Shown here: piece after piece, positions 18,286 through 28,036 of the stretch
Layout of the letters: the number at the start of each line of letters is the position of its first letter
Numbering within the stretch: position 1 is the stretch's first letter
DNA from: an uncultured Acidobacteriota bacterium
GTDB taxonomy: Bacteria; Actinomycetota; Acidimicrobiia; Spongiisociales; ZC4RG35
NCBI GenBank assembly: GCA_963822895.1
Contig: CAWGJI010000005.1
Span: forward strand, 51,633-115,632
Length of the DNA: 64,000 nucleotides
Direction of reading: 5' to 3'
Position numbers and translations under genes: made by a program
The notes under the pieces: model-generated
Told to the model about the DNA's origin: nothing
The model's input: only the letters and a program-made list of their open reading frames with translations
The model's database searches: none

Positions 18286-18699
18286 GTGTTCCTCGGTGAG
18301 TACTTCCACAGCCTCGACGAGAAGGGCCGAGTGGTCATGCCCTCCGGTTTCCGTCGTCTACTCGAAGACGGCTGCGTGGTCACCAAAGGCCAGGATGGAC
18401 AATTGGCGATCTTCCCGACCGCTGAGTTCGAGGCATTGGCAGCAGAAGTGAGAGAGAAGCCGCAGAACCGGTCTGGTCGTCGATTCTCGAGAACGGTGTT
18501 CAGCGGCGCCGACCTCCAGGCGCTCGACAAGGCGGGCAGGGTTCTGGTCAAGCCGGATTTGAGGGATTTCGCCAGTCTCGAGACGTCCTCGGAGATCGCC
18601 GTCCTCGGTGTGTTCGACCATGTGGAGCTGTGGAACAAGGATCTCCACCTCTCGGATCGGGCCGTAGGCGACGAGAGCTATCTGGAGGAGGACGAATAG
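18286..18699 (+). CDS. mraZ: division/cell-wall cluster repressor MraZ
   Basis: MFLGEYFHSLDEKGRVVMP, second DKAGRV repeat, GVFDHVELW; GGAG SD. Confidence 0.95.
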   Translation: MFLGEYFHSLDEKGRVVMPSGFRRLLEDGCVVTKGQDGQLAIFPTAEFEALAAEVREKPQNRSGRRFSRTVFSGADLQALDKAGRVLVKPDLRDFASLETSSEIAVLGVFDHVELWNKDLHLSDRAVGDESYLEEDE

Positions 18700-18725
18700 C
18701 AGCAGCGACAGGCGTCTGGCCCATC

Positions 18726-18800
18726 GCCAGCCCCCCGGAACCAATGGAAGGCCCCTGACTCCGCCCGCTTCTCATTGGTACCAGCGCCCGGGGGGCTGGC
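18726..18800 (+). promoter_or_regulatory. long hairpin in the mraZ-rsmH leader
   Basis: Perfect 13-bp stem GCCAGCCCCCCGG/CCGGGGGGCTGGC plus inner ACCAATGGAAG/CTTCTCATTGGT; ends 1 nt before the rsmH ATG. Confidence 0.7.
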
Positions 18801-18801
18801 A

Positions 18802-19734
18802 ATGAGCCAGGACCGGAGAGACGAGGACCGGTACCACCGGCCGGTTCTGGCCCATGAGGTGGCTGAGCTTCTGGCACCCGTCATGCCCGGAGTCGTGGTG
18901 GACGCGACTTTGGGAGGCGCAGGGCACAGCCGCCGCCTACTGGATGAGTTTGGAGAAGACGTGACCATCATTGGGATAGACCGCGATCCGGAGGCCCTGG
19001 CCAACGCCCGGGAGCTCGGGATCGAGGCAATTCAGGGGAATTTCGCCGAAATCGACACTCTGGTCTCCGTCGTGACCGATGCCCCGGTGTCTGCGGTCCT
19101 CTTCGACTTTGGGGTTTCCTCGCACCAGTTGGAGGTGGCGGCCAGGGGGTTCTCGTATCGCCATGACGGGCCGCTCGACATGCGAATGGGCCCGGACACG
19201 GATGTGACTGCGGCGGATGTGGTCAACACATGGCCCGAGCCCGAACTGGCCGGCGTGATCCGTCGGTACGGGGAGGAGCGGATGGCCGGCCGAATCGCCC
19301 GCGCCATCGTCACCGCCCGTCCAATCGAGTCCACTGCGCAGCTGTCCACGGTCATCGCCGCGGCACTCCCGGCGGCCCGTCGCCGGGCGGGACATCCCGC
19401 CCGACGCACATTCCAGGCCATTCGAATTGCGGTCAATGACGAGCTCGGTGCGGTCGAGACCGGTCTCGATCGAGCGATCGGCCTGGTCAGGGTGGGTGGC
19501 CGGGTAGTGGCTATCTCCTACCACTCGCTCGAAGACCGGATCGTCAAGCAGCGCTTCGCACAAGGCGCCACGGGTTGCACCTGTCCCCCGGAGATGCCGG
19601 TCTGCGGTTGCGGGAACACAGCCGAGCTGCGACTCCTGACGAGGAAGCCGGTGCGCCCGGGTGCCGATGAGGTTGCCGCCAACAATCGAGCGCGGTCGGC
19701 CAGGTTGCGGGCGGCCGAGAAGGTGGCGGCATGA
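18802..19734 (+). CDS. rsmH: 16S rRNA m4C1402 methyltransferase
   Basis: HRPVL, DATLGGAGHS, GVSSHQL, PLDMRM, FQAIRIAVNDEL, ISYHSLEDRIVK, RARSARLR. Confidence 0.97.
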   Translation: MSQDRRDEDRYHRPVLAHEVAELLAPVMPGVVVDATLGGAGHSRRLLDEFGEDVTIIGIDRDPEALANARELGIEAIQGNFAEIDTLVSVVTDAPVSAVLFDFGVSSHQLEVAARGFSYRHDGPLDMRMGPDTDVTAADVVNTWPEPELAGVIRRYGEERMAGRIARAIVTARPIESTAQLSTVIAAALPAARRRAGHPARRTFQAIRIAVNDELGAVETGLDRAIGLVRVGGRVVAISYHSLEDRIVKQRFAQGATGCTCPPEMPVCGCGNTAELRLLTRKPVRPGADEVAANNRARSARLRAAEKVAA

Positions 19735-20117
19735 CCGCGGTCCGCCCACTCCGACGCCGCGCCGACGAGAAGAGTCTCCGTGTCCTCCCCGGGAGGAGGT
19801 TGCGACGGCCGACACTCGCCCCGTGGATGATCGTGGCGGCGATCGCCGTTATCGCCTTTCTCGGGCTTGGCTTCGCCCGGACTTCTCTCGATCGATCGGC
19901 GTTCGAGCTCGACCGTCTCGACAAGGCGATCACCCAGCAAGAAGCGATCAACCAGCAGCTCAAGCTGGAGATCGCCAGGCTGGAGAACCCCGCACGCATC
20001 GCTCCGCTGGCCGAAGAGTTGGGCCTGGTTCTCCCCGCCGACACCCGCCAGCTGTTGGTCGACCTCCCGGGGAACCCGGCTGTGGCCTCTCTCGAGGACC
20101 CCGGGGCAACGCAATGA
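19731..20117 (+). CDS. ftsL: cell division protein FtsL-like
   Basis: Single TM plus leucine-zipper coiled coil and 'LENPARIAPLAEELGL'; position between rsmH and the PBP gene. Confidence 0.8.
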   Translation: MTAVRPLRRRADEKSLRVLPGRRLRRPTLAPWMIVAAIAVIAFLGLGFARTSLDRSAFELDRLDKAITQQEAINQQLKLEIARLENPARIAPLAEELGLVLPADTRQLLVDLPGNPAVASLEDPGATQ

Positions 20118-20200
20118 TGACCCGACGGCGCGCTGGAGCCGGGCTCACGGACGGGGCAAATCGCTCCGAACCACCGGAGTCCAGGCAGGAGCTCTGACCG

Positions 20201-21976
20201 GTGGCCGCGGGACGGGCCACCACCCGGAAGCGGAACCCGGCGACGATCAGGGTCGGTGTCATCGGCCTCTTTCTCGTGGCTGCTTGGCTGGGAATGGCAT
20301 ATCGGCTGGTGCAGGTTCAAGTGGTGCAAGCGGCGGATCTGGCCGACCAGGGGCTCAGTCAGCGTCTGGTCACCAAGGACCTGGCCCCCCAGCGGGGCAA
20401 GATCTTCGATCGCAACGGCGAGTTGCTCGCCCTGACAGTCGAGGCCCAGAGCCTCTGGGCCAACCCGAAGCAGGTCGACGAGCCACTCTGGGTTGCGCAG
20501 CAGATCGGAGGTGCCCTTGGGGTCGACTCCGACGTGCTCTATCAGCGTCTCACCTCGGACAAGGACTTCGTCTATCTCAAGAGGCAGGTGGAGCCGGTGG
20601 TGGCCGAGCAGATCCTCGGTCTCGGGATCAGAGGTGTCTATGCCCACCCGGAGGCGAGTCGCATCTACCCGGCCGGCCAGGTTGCCTCACACGTCACCGG
20701 TTTCGTGGACATCGACGGAAATGGACAGGAAGGGCTCGAGTTCTACTACGACGACCAGTTGCGAGGCGTTCCAGGAAAGGCCGTATTCGAGCGCGACCTC
20801 GAGGGTCGTCCCATCCCACAGGGGATAAGTGACATCGTCCCCGCGGTGCCGGGGGAGGATCTCAACACGACGATCGACCTCCCGTTGCAATACCAGGCGC
20901 AAGAGGCCTGCTTGTCAGCCGTGGACAGGACTCAGGCGAAGTCCTGCTGGGTGGTCGTCCTCGATGTGGAGACGGGAGGGGTGCTGGCCATGGCCGGCGC
21001 ACCGGTCTTCGATCCGCAGACTCGTGAGACCATCGACCCAAACTGTGATGCCGAGGCAGACCCGAACTGCCTTGCCTTCTCGAATTTCGTGGTGCGTGGA
21101 ATCTACGAGCCTGGCTCCACCGAGAAGCTGATCACGGTGTCAGCAGCGGTCGAGGAGGGAGAGGTCGATGCCACCACCGTGATCCCCGACGTCGGCGACG
21201 TTTTGGAACTCCGTGACAACGCATGTCGTTCGGCAGACGACGACCTGTATGGCTGCTATCGCGATTTCAACCATCACGAGACCTCGGACATGACCGTTGC
21301 GGACATCTTCACCCGCTCCTCGAACGTGGGCACGATCCTGATCGCCGACAAGCTGGGGCAGAGTCGTCTGGTCTCCTACATCGAGAAGTTCGGTCTCGGG
21401 GCAAAGACGGGAATCGACTATTCGGTCGAGGCTCCCGGCCTGCTCAACTTTGCCGCCGGTTGTGAGACCTGCTGGGCATCGGCCGCCATCGGATACTCTG
21501 TTGCCGCCACCCCATTGCAAATGGCAGCCGCCTATGCGGCTGTCGGGAACGACGGCGTGTGGACGTCGCCACACATCGTGGCGTCCACCACCGACCTGGA
21601 CGGCAACGTCGATGTGACCGGGATCCAGACCCGACGCGTGGTGTCGGAGCAGACCGCTCTCCTGATGCGCCAACTCCTCGCAGGCGTCGTGGACGAAGGT
21701 ACCGGTCAGGCGGCGAGTGTCGAAGGCTATCGAGTGGGTGGCAAGACCGGCACGGCGAACAAGCTCGGTGAGGACGGGCGATACACCGACGCGACCAGGG
21801 CATCCTTCGTCGGCATGGCCCCGATGGGCGACCCCAAGGTCGTGGTTGCGGTGTTGATCGACGAGCCGGCGTATGAGTATCGCACTGGCGGGCTTTCCGC
21901 GGCTCCTGTCTTCGCACAGGTGATGGAACAGGCGTTGCATCGATTGGGAGTGACACCCGATGCCGTCGACGGGTAA
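20201..21976 (+). CDS. ftsI: class B penicillin-binding protein (FtsI)
   Basis: RGKIFDRNG, GLEFYYD, YEPGSTEK (SxxK), SSN, KTGTA; AGGAG SD. Confidence 0.93.
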   Translation: MAAGRATTRKRNPATIRVGVIGLFLVAAWLGMAYRLVQVQVVQAADLADQGLSQRLVTKDLAPQRGKIFDRNGELLALTVEAQSLWANPKQVDEPLWVAQQIGGALGVDSDVLYQRLTSDKDFVYLKRQVEPVVAEQILGLGIRGVYAHPEASRIYPAGQVASHVTGFVDIDGNGQEGLEFYYDDQLRGVPGKAVFERDLEGRPIPQGISDIVPAVPGEDLNTTIDLPLQYQAQEACLSAVDRTQAKSCWVVVLDVETGGVLAMAGAPVFDPQTRETIDPNCDAEADPNCLAFSNFVVRGIYEPGSTEKLITVSAAVEEGEVDATTVIPDVGDVLELRDNACRSADDDLYGCYRDFNHHETSDMTVADIFTRSSNVGTILIADKLGQSRLVSYIEKFGLGAKTGIDYSVEAPGLLNFAAGCETCWASAAIGYSVAATPLQMAAAYAAVGNDGVWTSPHIVASTTDLDGNVDVTGIQTRRVVSEQTALLMRQLLAGVVDEGTGQAASVEGYRVGGKTGTANKLGEDGRYTDATRASFVGMAPMGDPKVVVAVLIDEPAYEYRTGGLSAAPVFAQVMEQALHRLGVTPDAVDG

Positions 21977-23447
21977 GACTTTGGGGGAGCTGGCAAGCCG
22001 GGTGGATGGGAATCTCTTCGGCGATACGAGCCGCGTGATCGAAGACGTGACCCACGACTCCCGTCGAGTCGGGCCACAGACCATGTTCGTGGCCGTTCGC
22101 GGTGCGAGACACGACGGACACGACTATGTCGCCGAGGTTGCGACGAACGGTGGTGCCGCTGTCGCGGTCGAGACTCGGCTGGACGTCGGGATAGACCAGA
22201 TCGTGGTCGACGACACGAGGCGTTCCATGGGACCCCTGGCCTCGGCGGTCCACGGTGACCCCTCTTCTCAGGTAGAAGTGGTTGGCGTCACGGGGACGAA
22301 CGGCAAGACGACGGTCACCCACTACGTCGAGTACCTGATGACCACGGGAGGGCGCGCTACCGGGCTGATCGGCACCATTCGGACGAGGCTTGGAGACACC
22401 GTGCTCCCCTCGGCTCGGACCACACCCGAAGCGACCGATTTCCAGAGGCTTCTCGCACAGATGCGCGATCTCGGGGCAGAGGTGGTCGCCGCGGAGATCT
22501 CATCGCATGCCCTGGAGATGAGCAGGGTCAATGCCACCAAGTTTGCGGTCGCCGCTTTCACGAATCTCTCCCAGGACCATCTGGACTTCCACGGCGACAT
22601 GGCCTCCTATCGCAAGGCAAAGGAGCGCCTATTCCACGAATTCGATGTCGGAACCGCCGTCATCAACGTGGATGACGAGGTCGGGAGGGAGATCGCGAGG
22701 TCGATCTCGGTGCCGCTCCTGCGAACCGGCGTCGGCGGTGACGTGCGCGCCGAGGGAGTGGAAACGTCCCTATTCGGTACCCACTTCGATCTGATCGCAC
22801 CCGATGGAGCAGTCGAGGTCCACTCACCTCTGGTCGGCTCCTTCAACGTGGAGAACTGCCTGGTCGCGGTTGCCTGTTGCCTTGCGCTCGGGTTGGACCT
22901 GGAGACCCTGGCCGCCGGGCTGGCGAACCTGGCACCGGTGCCGGGGCGCTTCGAACAGGTCTCCATCACACCGGGGCCGACGGTGATCGTCGACTATGCG
23001 CACACCCCCAGGGGGATACACGAGACGATCGCGTTGGCGAGACAGCTGACGACCGGCCGTGTCATAGCCGTGGCGGGGGCAGGCGGCGATCGCGATCGGG
23101 AGAAGCGACCGATGATGGGAGCCGCCGCGGCCGAAGCCGATTCGACGGTGTTGACATCCGACAACCCGCGCTCAGAGGACCCGGGCGCAATCCTGGCCCA
23201 GATGGCTGCCGGGGCCGAGCGGGGCGACGTCGTGGTCGAAGCTGATCGGCGCCGAGCCATCGAGATCGCCATCGGCATGGCCAGGCCCGAGGACGTGGTC
23301 CTGATCCTGGGCAAGGGCCACGAGACGGGTCAGGAGATCGGGGACGTCGTCGTCCCATTCGATGACCGGGAGGTCGCTTCCGCAATCCTCGGTGTCGATG
23401 CGAGGTCCGCCGATCGCGGTCCGATTTCGGGGAGCATGTCCCGGTGA
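21960..23447 (+). CDS. murE: UDP-MurNAc-tripeptide synthetase (meso-DAP type)
   Basis: GVTGTNGKTT, TTPE, FTNLSQDHLDFH, DYAHTP, DNPR, GKGHE. Confidence 0.97.
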   Translation: MPSTGKTLGELASRVDGNLFGDTSRVIEDVTHDSRRVGPQTMFVAVRGARHDGHDYVAEVATNGGAAVAVETRLDVGIDQIVVDDTRRSMGPLASAVHGDPSSQVEVVGVTGTNGKTTVTHYVEYLMTTGGRATGLIGTIRTRLGDTVLPSARTTPEATDFQRLLAQMRDLGAEVVAAEISSHALEMSRVNATKFAVAAFTNLSQDHLDFHGDMASYRKAKERLFHEFDVGTAVINVDDEVGREIARSISVPLLRTGVGGDVRAEGVETSLFGTHFDLIAPDGAVEVHSPLVGSFNVENCLVAVACCLALGLDLETLAAGLANLAPVPGRFEQVSITPGPTVIVDYAHTPRGIHETIALARQLTTGRVIAVAGAGGDRDREKRPMMGAAAAEADSTVLTSDNPRSEDPGAILAQMAAGAERGDVVVEADRRRAIEIAIGMARPEDVVLILGKGHETGQEIGDVVVPFDDREVASAILGVDARSADRGPISGSMSR

Positions 23448-24514
23448 TTTCCCTTCTGATCGCTGCCGCAGTTGGGCTGCTCTTCTCCATTTTCGGCACT
23501 CCATATGCCATTCGCTTCTTTCGGAGGAGAGAGATCGGTCAATTCATCCAGGAGGAGATAGCCGGGATGCACGGCCACAAGCAGGGGACACCGACTATGG
23601 GTGGGGTCGTGTTCGTGACCGGCGCCATCGTCGGGTATGTCCTGGCGCACGTCCGGCTCCTCGGGCCGAGCGGAGGGCTGGCGATCGAGTTTCAGCCGTT
23701 CAGCTCAGGAGGGCTCCTGGCGGTGTTCGCCCTGGCCGGGATGGCAGTGGTCGGCTTTCTCGACGACTTGATCAAGTACTCCAACAAGCGGAGCCTCGGT
23801 CTCTCGAAGTCCGCCAAGTTCGGGGGCCAGCTGGCGATCTCGGCGCTCTTCGCGTGGGGGGCCTCCATGGCGGGGGTGGTGACCGAGATCTCGTTTGTGA
23901 GGCCGCTCGGGATCGATCTCGGGGTCTTCTTCGTGATCTGGGTCTTGATCATCCTCACCGGCACCGCCAACGGCGTGAATCTGGCCGACGGGATGGACGG
24001 GCTCGCCGGTGGGGCATCGGCGCTCGTGGTCGCCTCCTACACGGTCATCGCCTTCTGGCAGTTCCGCAACGGCCCGGGGTTCCGTCCCGACCCGGTGTAC
24101 CGGGCGGTGGACCCCCTCGAGCTTGCGATCATCTCGGCGGCGATGTTCGGGGCAATCCTCGGCTTTCTGTGGTGGAATGCGCCTCCGGCCAAGATCATCA
24201 TGGGTGATGTCGGGTCCCAGGCGATCGGCGGCCTTCTGGCGGCCCTGGCCCTCCTCACCAACACCCACCTGCTCCTGGCGATCCTCGGTGGGATATTCGT
24301 GGCAGAGACCCTCTCGGTGATCCTCCAGGTGGCCAGTTTCAAATTGACCGGCAACCGAATATTCCGGATGGCGCCCCTTCACTTCCATTTCAATCTCGGT
24401 GGCTGGCCCGAGACCACAGTGGTCATCAGGTTCTGGATCCTGACCGGGATCGGCGTCGCCCTCGGCCTCGGGTTCTTCTATGGCGACTTCTTGCGTCTGG
24501 AGGGCCTGCTTTGA
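23444..24514 (+). CDS. mraY: phospho-N-acetylmuramoyl-pentapeptide transferase
   Basis: KQGTPTMGG, GFLDD, NGVNLADGMDGL, WNAPPAKIIMGDVGS, FRMAPLH. Confidence 0.97.
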   Translation: MISLLIAAAVGLLFSIFGTPYAIRFFRRREIGQFIQEEIAGMHGHKQGTPTMGGVVFVTGAIVGYVLAHVRLLGPSGGLAIEFQPFSSGGLLAVFALAGMAVVGFLDDLIKYSNKRSLGLSKSAKFGGQLAISALFAWGASMAGVVTEISFVRPLGIDLGVFFVIWVLIILTGTANGVNLADGMDGLAGGASALVVASYTVIAFWQFRNGPGFRPDPVYRAVDPLELAIISAAMFGAILGFLWWNAPPAKIIMGDVGSQAIGGLLAALALLTNTHLLLAILGGIFVAETLSVILQVASFKLTGNRIFRMAPLHFHFNLGGWPETTVVIRFWILTGIGVALGLGFFYGDFLRLEGLL

Positions 24515-25803
24515 GTCGGGTTCTGATCCTCGGCGCAGGCGTGTCTGGTCTCGCCGCAGCCGACCTGGCCAGGAGAAGCCAGATGGCGGTGACCATCTAC
24601 TCGGACGAGGGATCTCCGGATGCCTTGGCCTCCGGCTATTCGGTGGCCAGTGGTGGATGGGACCCCGTTCTCCTCACCGGGATCGATCTCGTCGTGGTGA
24701 GCCCTGGCTTTTCCGAGCGTTCGATTCCCATAGTCGAAGCTCAAGAGTGGGGTATCCCGGTGTGGAGTGAGATCGAATTCGCCTGGACGCAACTCGATAC
24801 GACCGTTGCTGCCATCACCGGCACCAATGGCAAGACGACGGTGACCGAGGCGACGTCGGCGATGTTGGAGGCGTCGGGTGTCGACGCCCCGGCAACGGGA
24901 AACATCGGCTCGCCCCTCTCGGCAGAGGTGGGCGAGGATCACGACGCCCTGGTGGTCGAGGTCTCGTCGTTTCAATTGCGCTTCTGCGAGACGTTTCACC
25001 CGGTCGCAGCCGCAATCACGAATGTGGCGCTGGACCATCTCGATTGGCACGGATCCGAATACTCGTACCGGAGTGCCAAGGCCCGAATATTCATGAACCA
25101 GGGCGGGGACGACCTGCTCGTGTACGACGCCGACGACGAAGGAGCCTCCAGTCTGGTCGCCGATGCGAAGAGTCAGCTCTTTCCGGTGTCCGGGGTCCAT
25201 CTGCCCCCTGGTGGAGGCGGCGTGGACGGCAACAGGTTGGTTGTCGGCGAGTTGTCCATGCCGTTGAGCGGTCTTCCATCTCGAGACCCGACTCATCTGG
25301 TCAATCTGGCTACCTCGTCGGCGCTTGCCCTTCGTCTCGGCGCCACGGTCGATGGCGTGACCACCGTCGCAGAGTCCTTCCACCCGGGAGCGCACCGCAG
25401 GTCGATCGTCCTCCGTGGCAATGGAGTGACATGGATCGATGACTCCAAGGCCACCAACCCTCATGCCGCCCTCTCCTCGATCAGAGCGCACCGGTCGGTC
25501 GTGCTCATCGCAGGTGGGCTGGCCAAGGGCCTCGACGTCGCTCCTCTCGCCGCTGAGCCCAACGTCCGGCTCCTCCTGGGCATCGGTACCGAGGGCCAGG
25601 GTCTCGTCGACGCCGCGGGAGAGAGGGGACTACTGGCCGGCGACTTGGACAAGGCCGTCGAGCTGGCGGCCGAGCTCTCCGAGCCAGGTGACACGGTCCT
25701 TCTGGCCCCGGGATGTGCCAGCTTCGACCAATTCACGTCCTATGAGGACCGGGGCGACAGGTTCATCGAGTTGGTGAAGGCAATCTCGGAGGTAAGCGAC
25801 TGA
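24511..25803 (+). CDS. murD: UDP-MurNAc-L-Ala:D-Glu ligase
   Basis: TGTNGKTT, EVSSFQL, DHLDWH, DDSKATN, APGCASFDQF. Confidence 0.97.
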   Translation: MSRVLILGAGVSGLAAADLARRSQMAVTIYSDEGSPDALASGYSVASGGWDPVLLTGIDLVVVSPGFSERSIPIVEAQEWGIPVWSEIEFAWTQLDTTVAAITGTNGKTTVTEATSAMLEASGVDAPATGNIGSPLSAEVGEDHDALVVEVSSFQLRFCETFHPVAAAITNVALDHLDWHGSEYSYRSAKARIFMNQGGDDLLVYDADDEGASSLVADAKSQLFPVSGVHLPPGGGGVDGNRLVVGELSMPLSGLPSRDPTHLVNLATSSALALRLGATVDGVTTVAESFHPGAHRRSIVLRGNGVTWIDDSKATNPHAALSSIRAHRSVVLIAGGLAKGLDVAPLAAEPNVRLLLGIGTEGQGLVDAAGERGLLAGDLDKAVELAAELSEPGDTVLLAPGCASFDQFTSYEDRGDRFIELVKAISEVSD

Positions 25804-26966
25804 TGACGACGAATGTGACCTCGATCGCAAGGGTGCGAGCGGCAGCCCGCGATCGTGCCGAGCTGTTGAAGGTCAACAATCGGACCGCCACCATCCTCCT
25901 GGTCCTGGTCGTGGTGTTGGTCGTCATCGGGCTCGGGGCGACGCAGTCCGCCTCCTCGGCAGTGGCTATCGATCAGGATCACGATCGCTTCTACTACTTC
26001 AAACGGCAGTTGGTCGGCGTCGGAATCGGGACGATCATGCTCCTCGCGACGAGCCGCATCCCATATCGGTTCTACCGGAAGATCGCCTTTCCCTCCCTGC
26101 TGGTGACGCTTGCCCTTCTCGTGGCAGTCCTGGCGGTTGGCCCTGTCATCGGCGGTGCGCAACGTTGGCTGCCAATTGGCGGATTCAGTTTCCAACCATC
26201 CGAGTTGGCGAAGGTCTCGGTCATCTTCTCGCTTGCCTACCTGCTGGAGCGCAAGCACAAGCTCCTCAATCGATTCGGGCACTTCCTGGTCCCGGTTGCG
26301 GCCACGGTTGGGGTGGTGGGCCTTCTCGTGATGAAACAGCCGGACCTCGGCACCACGATCGTGATCGGCGCCGCCGCCATGGCGGTCATCCTGGCAAGCG
26401 ACACACCGTTTCGATATGTGACGGCCCTGGCCACGATTGCCCTCTCGGGTGCCGGTGTTCTCGCTTTCGCGGATCAATACCGCGTCAATCGCATCGTGGG
26501 ATTCCTCGACCCATGGGGCAACGCCAGCGGAAAGGGATACCAGCTGATCCAGGGCTACTACGCACTGTCCAATGGGGGGATATTCGGCGTGGGGCTCGGT
26601 GCCAGCCGCGCCCGATGGTTCTATCTGCCCAATGCCCACACCGATTTCATCTTCGCCATCATCGGTGAGGAAACAGGCCTGATCGGCGCCTTGACCGTGA
26701 TCGGCCTGTTTCTCGCCCTGGCCGTCGTCGGGTGGGTCGTGGCGGCCAGAGCCCCTGACCGTTTCGGCCGCATGGTCGCCGCCGGCATCACGACATGGCT
26801 GTCCTTCCAAGCATTGGTGAACATCGGCGGCGTTCTCGGAGTCATGCCGATAACCGGCATCGCACTTCCTTTCGTCTCATTTGGGAGCACGGCGTTGATC
26901 GTTTCGATGGCTGCGCTCGGGGTCCTGGTGAACATCGCTCAGGCAGGAACCCCCACCGCGAAATGA
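25803..26966 (+). CDS. ftsW: SEDS peptidoglycan polymerase FtsW
   Basis: GAQRW, QPSELAK, QPDLGT, LPNAHTDFIFAIIGEE, GIALPFVSFG. Confidence 0.95.
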   Translation: MTTNVTSIARVRAAARDRAELLKVNNRTATILLVLVVVLVVIGLGATQSASSAVAIDQDHDRFYYFKRQLVGVGIGTIMLLATSRIPYRFYRKIAFPSLLVTLALLVAVLAVGPVIGGAQRWLPIGGFSFQPSELAKVSVIFSLAYLLERKHKLLNRFGHFLVPVAATVGVVGLLVMKQPDLGTTIVIGAAAMAVILASDTPFRYVTALATIALSGAGVLAFADQYRVNRIVGFLDPWGNASGKGYQLIQGYYALSNGGIFGVGLGASRARWFYLPNAHTDFIFAIIGEETGLIGALTVIGLFLALAVVGWVVAARAPDRFGRMVAAGITTWLSFQALVNIGGVLGVMPITGIALPFVSFGSTALIVSMAALGVLVNIAQAGTPTAK

Positions 26967-28036
26967 CCTTCGTCATCGCTGCCGCCGGCACCGGGGGACA
27001 CGTCTATCCGGGTCTGGCGGTGGGAGAGGCCCTGGTGGCGCAGGGGATCGAGCGCGAGCGGATCCTCTACGTCGGTGGGGACCGTCTCGAGGCGAAGGTG
27101 TACCCCGACGCCGGGTTTCCCTTCGAGGGTCTCGAGTTGAAGGGGCTGCGGCGATCGCTCTCGATCGAGAACGTGAAACTCCCGGGGATCGTGTTGAGGG
27201 CACGCCGGAGAATGATCGAGATCATGGGTGATCGGGGGACGAAGGTCGGTCTGGGGATGGGTGGCTACGTGACCATCCCTCTCGCCCTGGCTGTTCGAAG
27301 CTCCGGGGTCGATTTGATGGTTTCCGAGCAAAACAAGGACGCTGGTCTGGCCAACAGGGTCGCCCGACGATGGGCCTCTCGGGTCTTTGTGTCGTTTCCG
27401 AACACAAAGGGGACGCCGGGCGCCGAGTGGGTGGGAAACCCCGTCCGCCGTGACCTGGCCCAATTCGACCGAGCCACGAGCCGGGCTCAGGCGATTTCCC
27501 ACTACGACCTCGATTCGTCCCGGCCAACGCTTGGCGTCTTCGGAGGCTCGCTGGGTGCCGGTGTCATCAACGAGGCGATCAAGCGTCTCGTAGCCACATG
27601 GGGAGGGCCGGTGATGCAGGTCGTCCATCTCACCGGCCGAGGGAGAGTCATGGATGGGTTGCAGTCCCCAAAGGTGTCGGTCTGGAGACAAGTCGAGTTC
27701 GAGGATCAGATGAGCAGGTTCTACGCGGCAGCCGATTTGGTGGTGGCCCGCGCCGGAGGGGGAGTGGCCGAGCTGACGGCCACCGGGACCCCATCGATCT
27801 TGATCCCGGGGGAATTCGGCTCGGCCGGGCACCAGAGGGAGAACGCACGGTTCATCGAGGCAGCCGGGGCGGCCCTGATGCTCGCGGAGCCCGAGTTGGG
27901 GCGGTTGCCCCGATTGGTCGAGGCCACCCTGTTCGACGAAGGCCGCTTGACGACGATGAGGGAAGCAGCGTCCGTCATTGCCAGGCCCAATGCGGCGTCT
28001 GCAATCGCCGAGGCTTTGATCGAGGCATCGAAGTGA
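26963..28036 (+). CDS. murG: lipid II GlcNAc transferase
   Basis: GTGGHVYP, GGYV, EQN, GNPVR, GGSLGA, HQRENA; ATGA overlap with ftsW. Confidence 0.97.
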   Translation: MTFVIAAAGTGGHVYPGLAVGEALVAQGIERERILYVGGDRLEAKVYPDAGFPFEGLELKGLRRSLSIENVKLPGIVLRARRRMIEIMGDRGTKVGLGMGGYVTIPLALAVRSSGVDLMVSEQNKDAGLANRVARRWASRVFVSFPNTKGTPGAEWVGNPVRRDLAQFDRATSRAQAISHYDLDSSRPTLGVFGGSLGAGVINEAIKRLVATWGGPVMQVVHLTGRGRVMDGLQSPKVSVWRQVEFEDQMSRFYAAADLVVARAGGGVAELTATGTPSILIPGEFGSAGHQRENARFIEAAGAALMLAEPELGRLPRLVEATLFDEGRLTTMREAASVIARPNAASAIAEALIEASK

